In this document: one piece after another, positions 38,167 to 47,887 of the stretch
Position numbering within the stretch: position 1 is the stretch's first letter
Layout: each line of letters starts with the position of its first letter
Sequence record: LC494302.1
Strand: one strand, 5' to 3'
DNA: 64,000 bases
Made by a program: the position numbers and the translations under genes
Notes under the pieces: generated by a model
The model's database searches: none
The model's input: the letters and a program-made list of their open reading frames with translations, nothing else
Told to the model about the DNA's origin: nothing

Positions 38167-38174
38167 TATAAATA
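38167..38174 (+). promoter_or_regulatory. T4-type late promoter box
   Basis: TATAAATA upstream of 38211..38594. Confidence 0.55.
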
Positions 38175-38596
38175 TTATAGTAAAATTTATCTCTTATAGG
38201 AGTTATAAAAATGGTTGATAAATGGAATAAGAAAGATCCATCACATGATGTTGATATTTCTGGTCTAGACAATGCACATAAGCACAAGTATCTAGATTCA
38301 CTAGGTCTTCTAAAACCAGACCAAAGTCTTGCACATGATCGTCCATCCCGTGAAAAAGCATTTAGCCTAGAATCACTAGGTCATGAGCTTAATCGTGTGT
38401 TTGAGGATCACCCAATCTATGTACGTGATATTATCGAGAAACTTAAAGTAACTCCTAAAGAGCACTTTAAAGCAACTGTACACTCTGCATTCCGTGCATT
38501 ACATGAATCTCTAAAGAAAACTCACAATCTTCGTAAAATTCATGATGAAATCGTGAATGCAATCGAAAGTGAAAAACATAAGTTCAAGAAGTAATA

Positions 38597-38633
38597 AAAA
38601 GGGTTGACTAAGGTCAGCCCTTTGTTGTATCAT
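38597..38633 (+). repeat. terminator-promoter repeat copy 2 (TAAG loop)
   Basis: GGGTTGAC-TAAG-GTCAGCCC-TTT; TTGACT-18-TATCAT. Confidence 0.8.
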
Positions 38634-38782
38634 AACTTCTCAATATAACTGAGGTATCATATATGCAAGGTTTAAAATTTGTAGTTGCTGCACTCATCGC
38701 CGCAGTACTGGTTGGTGGTGTATTCTATGTAGTGGATCAAAAAGTAAATCCACCTGCACAAGAACAATCTAAGTAACAAAAT

Positions 38783-38822
38783 AAGGTTGACTTCGGTCAG
38801 CCTTTTCTTTATACTATAAATA
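38783..38822 (+). repeat. terminator-promoter repeat copy 3 overlapping TATAAATA
   Basis: GGTTGAC-TTCG-GTCAGCC-TTTT; TTGACT-17-TATACT; TATAAATA at 38815-38822. Confidence 0.8.
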
Positions 38823-38839
38823 TAGACATAGAGAAAAAA

Positions 38840-40117
38840 ATGAAATCTATGGAGAGAAATCAAATGCCAAGTAATTTTACTGATAAAAATGGTGGTAACA
38901 TGGCTGGTCACTCTGATAAATGGAGTGAACGCAACCGCCGTCCAAATAGTTATCAAGCAGGTCAAGGTTCACGTGGATCACGTAACCAAGGAACTGGTCT
39001 AGCTGGTAAAGCAAACGCAGAAGCAGGTGAAGTTAAGAGTACTGAGAACATGACTGAGCTAGAAAAGCTACGTTATGTTAATTCATTGGGACTTCTTAAT
39101 GCTACACAAAAACAACGCCTAGCTGATATGGAACGTGAAGAAAAAGAAAAGTCTGCTCCTGCGAAAGAAGAACCAAAACAAGAAGCACCAAAGGCGGTTA
39201 ACCCTGTCAAAGAACTGTCTGATAAGTTAGGTAAGATTTTTGCTAATAAACCACAACTTATCCAAGGTATTGTGAAAGAATTGCAATCTGTACCTAAAGA
39301 AGAATTAAAAGTCAAAGCACAAGCTGTGCTTGATGCAATGAGTGGAAATACCAGTACTGAACCAACTGAAGTATTCAGTACTATAATGCGTGCACTTGAA
39401 GGTACGCAACAAGGTGATGTGCCTGCACAAGAGGAAGTAAGTCTTGAAAGCGTACTTAAAACATTTGATAGTATTGGTAAAGAAGACCGTGCTAATGCTC
39501 AACAAGTTAAGAATGTACTAGCTAAGTTAGAAAACCGTCTGGAAGGTAAAGACGATAAGATTAAATTAGTATCTGATGCAGTTAACGATGCACTTAAATC
39601 TTATGTACAAGGTGAAAAGAGTCGTTTTGTAACTGCAATGGATGCTGCATTCAATACTATGAAAAAGTATGAAGCTGATCATGGTGAGAAGGTTACACGA
39701 GATGGTTATCTGATGCGTGATGATGAAGAAGGTGCAGTAGAACAGAACGATGTTCATTCAGACGAAGAAATTGATGACATGGAAGCTGAACTGTCACAAG
39801 ACCGCCAAATGACTGAAAAATCCCATAACGAACTACAGAAATTAATGCAATGGGTTGCAGATGTTGGTGAAAAAGCTGGTGCTGATAAGAAGAGTATAAA
39901 TCGAAATCTTAGTTGGATTAAAGATAAAGTTGGTAACAACGCTCGTAAACTACAAAAAGCGTGGACTGATGTAGTGAATGGTGCTGTTGATATTGATGTT
40001 GAATCCGGTGAGGCATATGATTATGCATTGACTACACTTGATGACTCTTTCCGTGATTACGAAAATGGAAATGTAACTCCTTGGGAAAAGGACATCATGA
40101 GCAAATACGGTAAATGA
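38840..40117 (+). CDS. hypothetical protein (possibly late/virion-internal)
   Basis: 425 aa; G/R/N-rich N-terminus, helical middle, acidic C-terminus; TATAAATA upstream. Confidence 0.65.
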   Translation: MKSMERNQMPSNFTDKNGGNMAGHSDKWSERNRRPNSYQAGQGSRGSRNQGTGLAGKANAEAGEVKSTENMTELEKLRYVNSLGLLNATQKQRLADMEREEKEKSAPAKEEPKQEAPKAVNPVKELSDKLGKIFANKPQLIQGIVKELQSVPKEELKVKAQAVLDAMSGNTSTEPTEVFSTIMRALEGTQQGDVPAQEEVSLESVLKTFDSIGKEDRANAQQVKNVLAKLENRLEGKDDKIKLVSDAVNDALKSYVQGEKSRFVTAMDAAFNTMKKYEADHGEKVTRDGYLMRDDEEGAVEQNDVHSDEEIDDMEAELSQDRQMTEKSHNELQKLMQWVADVGEKAGADKKSINRNLSWIKDKVGNNARKLQKAWTDVVNGAVDIDVESGEAYDYALTTLDDSFRDYENGNVTPWEKDIMSKYGK

Positions 40118-40124
40118 TAAAACA

Positions 40125-40152
40125 AAAGGTTGACTTCGGTCAGCCTTTTTTT
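40125..40152 (+). repeat. terminator-promoter repeat copy 4 (no clear -10)
   Basis: AAAAGGTTGAC-TTCG-GTCAGCCTTTTTTT. Confidence 0.8.
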
Positions 40153-40188
40153 GTAAATACAAAAGAGGAATTAAGAAGAGGGATTACA

Positions 40189-40774
40189 ATGAAAAAATAT
40201 ATTATATTTGGAATTGTATTATTTTCCAGTACTGCTTATGGTGCAGATTATCATTGCTCCGTAGCAAGGCAGGATTTCAGAAATGGGGAGTTCTATACTA
40301 CCTCATACACAAAAGGAATAATACACGACACCGACAGAACTATTGGATTTAATGCGTTTGACAACAAAGATTCATATACTTCAGGTATACTATCTGAGCG
40401 TAAGACTGATGTAATGGGAATAGAAAAAGAGTTTCGGTGATTCCGTGGCAATGTGTAATGACATTGAAAGTACTAAAACAATTTATTATAATAATGAACG
40501 TAACTATCGTTTTCATAATTTAACCACAAATAAAAGTTTACTATTTTACAATTGTAAAGAAGTAATACTCCCATCAGACAATAGCTGTACTCCAACTAAT
40601 CAACCCCCAGCACAATGTAATACTCCCTCTGAACCTGATAAAAATAAAAAAGACAAAGATAAAGATAAAAAAGAAGACAAAAAACCTTTAAAAGATAAAA
40701 AGAAAGATAAAAAACCTAATCCGTTTAAAAATAATAAACCAGCACAACCCGATATGACGTGTAAAATAAAATAA
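40189..40774 (+). pseudogene. secreted protein gene apparently split by a +1 frameshift near 40432
   Basis: Removing one T in GAGTTTCGGTGAT joins MKKYIIFG...EKEF to GDSVAMCND...; downstream ORF has no RBS. Confidence 0.5.
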
Positions 40775-41208
40775 GGATATATAATGAAAAAGATTTTTTT
40801 AAGTATTATTTTAGTACTTTTTAGTTTTAATGTATATGCAGCAGATGCTAAACAGGTTGCTAATACAGTAAAAGATGTTATAGTAGACAATGCTCCTACC
40901 TTAGAGGAAATTGGGGTAAAAACTTGTGATATAGTAATATATAATTTAGTTAATGATGAACGAGTTATGTTGAATACGTATGAACAAGTAGTCCCATTGG
41001 TTGAATCTGGTGATGCTTTTAGCTTTACATATAAAGTTAAATTAACAGGAGGGGTTGAAGTTAATCTTGACATTGATACCGCTTCAGTACTAAAAGATAA
41101 ACTAGGATATGTGTTCAATCGTATTCGTGAAGAAGGTCATCTTAAGTATGTTTATGAAAGTAAAATACTAAAACGTGCAATAGTTATAGAAAACTGTAAA
41201 TGATAATA

Positions 41209-41244
41209 AAAGGGTTGACTTCGGTCAGCCTTTTTTGTTATGAT
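41209..41244 (+). repeat. terminator-promoter repeat copy 5
   Basis: AAAGGGTTGAC-TTCG-GTCAGCC-TTTTTT; TTGACT-18-TATGAT. Confidence 0.85.
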
Positions 41245-41272
41245 GTTGATATTAACTACAGAGGATAAAGTA

Positions 41273-41914
41273 ATGACTAAGCAAGAAATATTCAAAACTT
41301 TAATTGACATTTTGCGTCCATCAAAAACTCGTTGTGCGATGGAGTTTGATATTCCTTATGCTGAACGCGTAATCTTTCCACAAGTTAAAGCTGCTGGACT
41401 TACTTTGCTTGGAATGGGGATGTACTCTGTAGTAGTTGAACATAAAAACTATCCTGGACGAGCATTTAAAGTAACCACTTCACGCTGGGATGGTTTTCGT
41501 GCTTATGCAAAGTACTGCATTGAAAACGCAGGAACCAAGTTTCTTCCAGTGATCTACAGTGCCAACGAACAAGGAAACTTTGGATGGTATGAGATGGACA
41601 AGTACTATCCTATAATTAAACAAAAAAATAATTATGATGACTTTGTTAGTACTAAAATTGGAGATTTATATTCTTATGCACATGCTGGTCAGTACGCTAC
41701 TTCAGTGAATGATATGCGTGGAAATTCTGAAGAGATTGCTATTGCGACGGTCGCTGCTAACATCATGAAAGAGTTTCACGGGCGTTTTGTACCAGACATT
41801 CATTCAAGTAATGTAATGATGGATAAAGATGGGAATGTATTCATTACTGATCCTCTTTCGTGTGATGTGCGTAGAGAAATACCAATTACTGAAGAAGATC
41901 CAGTTTTTTATTGA
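41273..41914 (+). CDS. Ser/Thr protein kinase, T7 gp0.7-like
   Basis: LLGMGMYSVV (Gly loop), RAFKV (catalytic K), DIHSSNVM (catalytic loop), FITDP. Confidence 0.78.
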   Translation: MTKQEIFKTLIDILRPSKTRCAMEFDIPYAERVIFPQVKAAGLTLLGMGMYSVVVEHKNYPGRAFKVTTSRWDGFRAYAKYCIENAGTKFLPVIYSANEQGNFGWYEMDKYYPIIKQKNNYDDFVSTKIGDLYSYAHAGQYATSVNDMRGNSEEIAIATVAANIMKEFHGRFVPDIHSSNVMMDKDGNVFITDPLSCDVRREIPITEEDPVFY

Positions 41915-42259
41915 CAGAACTGATGTTCTGATGTATTCTTAATAAACCATAAAAATTGCGGTAAAGGATAAAATCATGCGTTCATTTGAAAACTTAATAG
42001 GTAAGCATCTTTTATCTGAAATTGATGCAGACGTTAAAGAATTATCCAAATCAAAAAGTTACATTCATTTGGATGAACTATTTGTTAAGTACGGTGAGAT
42101 TGGTTTTAAGTCATTATTTGTTTTTACTATGAAAGTACATAGTTTAAAGTACTTCGATTTGAGTGCTAAAGATGGTGAACCGAATCTATATTACATGTAT
42201 TACCTTAAGAACAAAGATGAAGCTAATACATTACTCTCTGAATATATATTGGGGTAAAA

Positions 42260-43295
42260 ATGGAACAATATTTTGAATTAATAAACAAAGTATCATTTTA
42301 TGTAGTATCTTTGGTTTGGGTGTATTATATGTTTTGCTACATTATTGCATTCTTCCGATACACTACTTTATATGAACGTATCTACTATGATGCCCCAATT
42401 TCATTCTTGATGTTTTGTGCATGTACGTGGGGAATATTAGAAGTACTGATATGTGGGTATAGTACTGATGAATTAAATCTGGTATCGGTCTTGACTGGGT
42501 TTTCATTTGTTGTTATGATAGCTGCCGTTCCAGTATGGTTGTTCTTTGGACTAGTTCATCGCATTGATATATGGCGTTCTAATATCCCTGAAAAGTAAGG
42601 ATTGGTAATGATTTATTACACTAACATGTTTGCCTATGCTGTTGCTTGCATTTACATTGTTTACTTCTTATTTGGTGGAGTACTGTGCTTCTTTAAGTAC
42701 AAAACGTTGTTCAACCGAATGTACCCAAATCATCCAATTGTAGTTGTACTTTTGATTCTTTCAGTTTCTCAAATAATCGTTGAAACTACAATGGGTATCA
42801 GTAGTGTACATTATAGTTTTGGTACTATAGTAATTATTACTATGCTTATTGCATACATTTTAGTACTTGGATATGGTATCTTTGGTAATATTGGTATGAA
42901 AATGTATCATCGAATTAAAACATTACGTGATAATCTACCGGAGCGTTGATATGTATAATTTGAACCTAATCTCATATATTATAACAACACTGTTTACATT
43001 CTATGCCTTTGTTGGTATAATCCTACTGTACTTTAAATTTTATAAAGTGTTTAACCGTTTCTATCCTTCAATGGAGAATGAGTTTTTCTTTGTGTTGTAC
43101 GTATGTTACACATTCATGGCTACATGTTTCACTGTAGTCGATGGTGTCATCGGCATTAAAACTGCTGCACCAAATGGTAGTACGCTGGTTGCATTTATTC
43201 TTACCGGATTCCTTGCAACTTATATTGCCTTCATTGCAACATGGTCAGTGGTTGAATTTCTCTTGCGACTACGAAAGAATATGCCGAATCGATAG
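42260..43295 (+). CDS. three tandem ~115 aa 3-TM membrane paralogs (42260..42598, 42602..42949, 42951..43295)
   Basis: Shared [FY]F[KR][YF] after TM1 and C-terminal RxN[ILM]P[EN][KR]. Confidence 0.7.
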
Positions 43296-43940
43296 GAGAC
43301 ATATATGTTTGCATTGCGTAACAAAAACACTAAAGAAATATTATGTTTAGATACCGTATGGGATTGTGCGGGATCAACTACAGTTCTTGAAGAAGGAACT
43401 GGATATTGCGTGTTTGTTGTACATGATAGGAATGAACTCGAATTATTACTTGCTGAGTTCAATGCTGGTGGTAATCCTAACAGTACTGAATACCCTGAGA
43501 TTATCAATCCAGCACCACCAGGCTCTTATGAAATTCTACAACTGTGGGAGTTGAAGTAATGCGTCAAATGCACAAAGTAACCGAGCTAAACAAGCGTCTG
43601 GTTAAACAATCAATGTTCGAGGATAAAGAGTCTTATTATAACTTTAAACGTGCAGTAGAGGCTGCTATCCACATTCAGAAGCTTAAAGAACGTGGTTGTA
43701 TTATTCTGGAAAATGGTTCGGAAGTTGTAACGGATGACTTTAGTGTAGCGTTTGATGTTTCACCTGACGGGACGCTATCAATGCCCCGCTTAGGAACTGG
43801 AAACATGACTGTTTGGGTTGGCTTCACTATGGGGAATGTACCTGGTACTGTGTACGTAGATGATGCGGAATTGAAAGACAGTTTCAAAAACTTATCGTAC
43901 CTTGAACCACAATACGCACATGAAATGAATTTATTTTGAG

Positions 43941-43968
43941 TTGACAAACACATTCAGTACTGTATAAT
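43941..43968 (+). promoter_or_regulatory. sigma70-type promoter with CAGTACTG
   Basis: TTGACA-aacacattcagtactg-TATAAT. Confidence 0.8.
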
Positions 43969-44581
43969 GTTTATCAAGGGGATGAACTTCTCATCCCCAC
44001 AATCGAGGAATTGTCATGATTACTTTTAAGAAAACTGCTAACCACATCCATGAAATCTACATTAACGGTCACAAAGCTGGCCTTCTTCGTTTACTCGCCC
44101 ATCACCCTGATGCTACCGTATCTGATAATGAACCTAAAGATTGGCGTGTCTTTTTCTTTGGAAAGTACAGTGATTTTCAAGTATCAAACCTGAAGAACAT
44201 TCGTTCAGTATGCACGTTAACTGAAATTAAAGAAAAGTTAGCACAAGCATTGAAAACTAATCCAGATGGTGTTCTTCCACCTGATAACTTTGTAGAGAAA
44301 GGTTATGCCTTAGCTCATTTCAAAGATGGTACTATTCAATCTATCAGTACTGAATATGAATATCATTGGACTGAGTACTTCACTTATGGTTCGAGTAATA
44401 CATTGATGGATTCACGTAGTAAATTGGAAGAAGTACTGACTCGTATGAATGAACGCGAGCGTCAGTTATATGACAAACCAGAAATGTGGAGTTCAACTTA
44501 CATTGACCGTATTGACTATGTTATTATGACTCCAATCTTTGACACTGCTTACTATGATTCTTTGAAATAAGGATAACTTAT

Positions 44582-44758
44582 ATGAAACTACGTACTCGTA
44601 ATCGACTGATGGATGCACTGTACCATGAACAGCTTTCACTGAATGAAGTGAAGCGTCAGTTAATGTACACATATCAGTTTCCCGCTCGCATTGCAAAACA
44701 ACGTGCTAAAGAATTGCTGAAAGAAGCAATAGAGTACTGGGAATCTGATTCGTACTAA
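44582..44758 (+). CDS. small hypothetical protein (58 aa)
   Basis: AAGGA RBS; MKLRTRNRLMDALYHEQLSLNEVKRQLMYTYQFPARIAKQRAKELLKEAIEYWESDSY. Confidence 0.6.
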   Translation: MKLRTRNRLMDALYHEQLSLNEVKRQLMYTYQFPARIAKQRAKELLKEAIEYWESDSY

Positions 44759-45057
44759 TATTACGTGATATGTCACGTTAATTAAGTGAGGCGATAAATG
44801 AAAATATTATTAGTTCTAATACTACTAATAGTTTTACCATTTACTTTAGTATCCCCTGGACTTGCATGGAATGTATTTGTGTACTTAGTATGTACTATTG
44901 TAGTAAATGGTATCTTGTTCTTAGTTCTATTCATAAATGGAATAGGACACGGTGGAGGATGGACCAGTACTGCTGATATCGTACATAAAACCACTATGTC
45001 TTTATTTGTAATGTGGAATTTGTTCTGGACTTGGTTTGTGTTCTTCTAATTAAAAAT

Positions 45058-45429
45058 ATGAATATAGATTTGAAAGGTGCAACCCGAACTGTTATCCTCA
45101 TTGGGGAATACGCTATCAAGATTCCAACCTTCAAAAGCTGGAAGTTATTCCTAACTGGAATGATAGCTAACCTCAATGAACGTTCATGGATGCAGTACTC
45201 CAATCGTAGTGATAGTGGTATCTGCCCTACTTTGTGGTCATCATGTACAGGACTAGTAACTGTACAGAAACGTTGTAAGCCAGTTCAACATAGGGGTTTA
45301 TTTTGGGTGGAGTTGTGTGCTTTAGCATTGAATTCAGAGTTAAGTACTGACTTCTTTTATTCAGATGCGAAGCCAGAAAACTTTGGTTATCTGAATGGTA
45401 AGTTAGTTAAACTTGATTATGGAGATTAA
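45058..45429 (+). CDS. minimal protein-kinase-like protein (123 aa)
   Basis: KGATRTV, YAIKIP, SDAKPENFG, KLDYG: kinase motifs without the C-lobe. Confidence 0.6.
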   Translation: MNIDLKGATRTVILIGEYAIKIPTFKSWKLFLTGMIANLNERSWMQYSNRSDSGICPTLWSSCTGLVTVQKRCKPVQHRGLFWVELCALALNSELSTDFFYSDAKPENFGYLNGKLVKLDYGD

Positions 45430-45703
45430 GATGTACGCACTGTATAATAAAGAAAAGAAACGATTTGCTAAGGTTGAAATTTCGATTGATACCTTTGATA
45501 TGTTGGAGTACTGTATTGTGACGGACCTATATGCTAACTTGTATTACGTTCTTGATGACGTATCAGTACTGCAACGATTGCTTGAGAATTCCAAAAGTCA
45601 ATGCCAGGGCATCCATGATGGTTCATCTTATGAAACACCTGAGTGTTCCTACGGCTATCTGGACGGGTATGAGATTGTGAAGTTGGGGATTGTTGAATAA
45701 AGA

Positions 45704-45739
45704 AAAGGGTTGACTACGGTCAGCCCTTTTTGCTATAAT
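45704..45739 (+). repeat. terminator-promoter repeat copy 6 (TACG loop)
   Basis: AAAGGGTTGAC-TACG-GTCAGCCCTTTTT; TTGACT-18-TATAAT. Confidence 0.85.
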
Positions 45740-45767
45740 CATTTCATCGAAACGAGAGGATGAATAC

Positions 45768-46283
45768 ATGACACGCATTAACTTAGTACACGTTAAAGAA
45801 CTTGCTGACCAACATCTGATGGCTGAATATCGTGAACTCCCACGTGTATTTGGTGCTGTACAAAAACACGTTCAAGCACGTAAGCGTGTACGTGATTTCA
45901 AAATTAACAGTACTTATCTGTTAGGTTCAGGTCATGTGACATTCTTTTACGACAAGTTGCTGTACTTACAGAAGCGTCATATCGATATTGTTAACGAATG
46001 TTTGCGTCGTGGTATGAAGATTCAAAACACTGAAGTAAACGACATTAGCGGCTTCCCTGCTGAGTTTTGTAATGACTACGTACCAACGGAGTCAGAGATT
46101 AAAATGTCTCGTGATCGTTTGATTGAGAAGCTCCAGATGAAGCCTACGTGGTATAAGTTTACTGATGTTGAATGTCCACAGTACGTTAAAGATATGCAGA
46201 ACGTAAGTAGTAAGAACGAATCTAGTACTGATATGTTCGACGAAATTGAAGAACAAATCAAAGATGAAATGAATAATTATTAA
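45768..46283 (+). CDS. denV: pyrimidine-dimer DNA glycosylase / endonuclease V
   Basis: MTRINLV...[17 protein letters not shown]...[20 protein letters not shown] matches T4 DenV signatures. Confidence 0.93.
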   Translation: MTRINLVHVKELADQHLMAEYRELPRVFGAVQKHVQARKRVRDFKINSTYLLGSGHVTFFYDKLLYLQKRHIDIVNECLRRGMKIQNTEVNDISGFPAEFCNDYVPTESEIKMSRDRLIEKLQMKPTWYKFTDVECPQYVKDMQNVSSKNESSTDMFDEIEEQIKDEMNNY

Positions 46284-46985
46284 AGGAAAGGGTTGACTTC
46301 GGTTACACAAAGGAACATAACATGTTATTAGTATATTCAACGCGTTTCTGGATTTCTTTTATTGTACTATCGCTAATCGGCTTCGGTTTGAGTATACTCT
46401 TTTCGTGGGATGAATTGGGTACATGGTATTATGAAGTCCCGTGGTACATGAAGATAGCTCCTTGTTATGCGGCATTGTTCGTGTCATTCCTTATTGTTGT
46501 CTTCAGCGAGGATTAGTTGATGTAGTATGTGCTACACCAAAGTATTTGGATATTTTAGATATAAACATTGACACCTGTTATATCTTTCTGTATTATGTAC
46601 ATCACCAAATGAGGAATACAACATGGCATCTTTAAGTGAAATCGCAGAATACAACCCACTAACAATCTCAACAATTCAACGTACAAAAACTTTTTATTTC
46701 CGTCCTGCTGATGGATGGAAACGTGGAATGAATGGTGACTATCGAGTACTGGAAGATTCACTAATCGAGCGTATCAACTCTGAACTACAGAAGTATGAAG
46801 GTGTTAAAGTTGTGCGTTCAACTTCTCGTTATTTTGAGTACTACATTGAGTCTTCAACTGTAAATGAAAACTCATCATTATCGGTGGACAACACTGATAT
46901 TCTTCGTAATGCAGTTGGTATGTTATGCAACATTGCAGAAGAAATGGGATTAACTATTAGTACTATGAGTGAGTTGGAATAACAT

Positions 46986-47021
46986 AAAGGGTTGACTTCG
47001 GTCAGCCCTTTTTGCTATAAT
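46986..47021 (+). repeat. terminator-promoter repeat copy 7
   Basis: AAAGGGTTGAC-TTCG-GTCAGCCCTTTTT; TTGACT-18-TATAAT. Confidence 0.85.
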
Positions 47022-47049
47022 TATTTCATCAACTGAAGAGGGTAAAGAA

Positions 47050-47820
47050 ATGACCAGAGAAGCACGCAGCATTCAAATTCAGAAAAACTTCAACTCCATG
47101 ATGGTTGCTCTTGAGTGTTTGCTCGATGATAGCAGTACTGTAAAAAGTATGGTTGTCAGTGGTGCTCCTGGTGTTGGTAAGACTTACACCTTGTCCCAAC
47201 GTCTCCAGAAGGCTCATGACGCAGCAGAATGGAACGTAGCTACTATCAGTGGTAAGATGACTACACTGGCTCTGTACGAAGTTCTGTACAAGAATCGTCA
47301 CAGCACCAACGTGTTAGTACTGGATGATATGGACAGCATCTTTGATTCTGAAGACGGTATGAACCTGCTCAAAGCTGTTTTGGATAGTGGTAAGCGTACT
47401 GTATCTTATATGACTAGCTCTAAGTACTTGAGCACTAACGGCATTCCTAATAGCTTTGATTTTAATGGTCGCATCGTATTCATTACTAACAAAGATTTAG
47501 CGTTAGATGCTAAAGCTAAAACTAAAATGTCTGCTCATTATGCTGCTCTTATGTCTCGTTCTGTGTACGTGGATTTACAGATTCAGACTAAAAGTGATAT
47601 CATGATTCATATTGAAAATGTAATGACTAAGACTAATATCCTTGCATCTAAAGGTGTTAACAGTAACGGTAGTAAAGCAATTCTGAACTGGATGTTAAAA
47701 CATGAAGATAATCTTCGTGCACCATCCCTGCGTATGCCTTTGTTGATTTCAGCAGTATATAACAACAATCCGTATGATTGGGAAGAACAATGTGAAAACT
47801 TGTTCCTTGAGAAAATCTAA
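47050..47820 (+). CDS. AAA+-type P-loop ATPase
   Basis: Walker A GAPGVGKT, Walker B VLVLDDMD, sensor-like VFITN, ALMSR. Confidence 0.85.
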   Translation: MTREARSIQIQKNFNSMMVALECLLDDSSTVKSMVVSGAPGVGKTYTLSQRLQKAHDAAEWNVATISGKMTTLALYEVLYKNRHSTNVLVLDDMDSIFDSEDGMNLLKAVLDSGKRTVSYMTSSKYLSTNGIPNSFDFNGRIVFITNKDLALDAKAKTKMSAHYAALMSRSVYVDLQIQTKSDIMIHIENVMTKTNILASKGVNSNGSKAILNWMLKHEDNLRAPSLRMPLLISAVYNNNPYDWEEQCENLFLEKI

Positions 47821-47829
47821 TTACATATG

Positions 47830-47858
47830 TTGACAGTACTACCATAGTGTAGTACTAT
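47830..47858 (+). promoter_or_regulatory. sigma70-type promoter bracketed by two AGTACT
   Basis: TTGACA-gtactaccatagtgtag-TACTAT. Confidence 0.65.
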
Positions 47859-47887
47859 AACTTAATATTCACCACCGGAGATACGAT

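Noticed and set aside
40640-40740. AAAGAT/AAAAAA-rich stretch as a tandem repeat
   Set aside because: Explained by a Lys/Asp-rich low-complexity protein tail.
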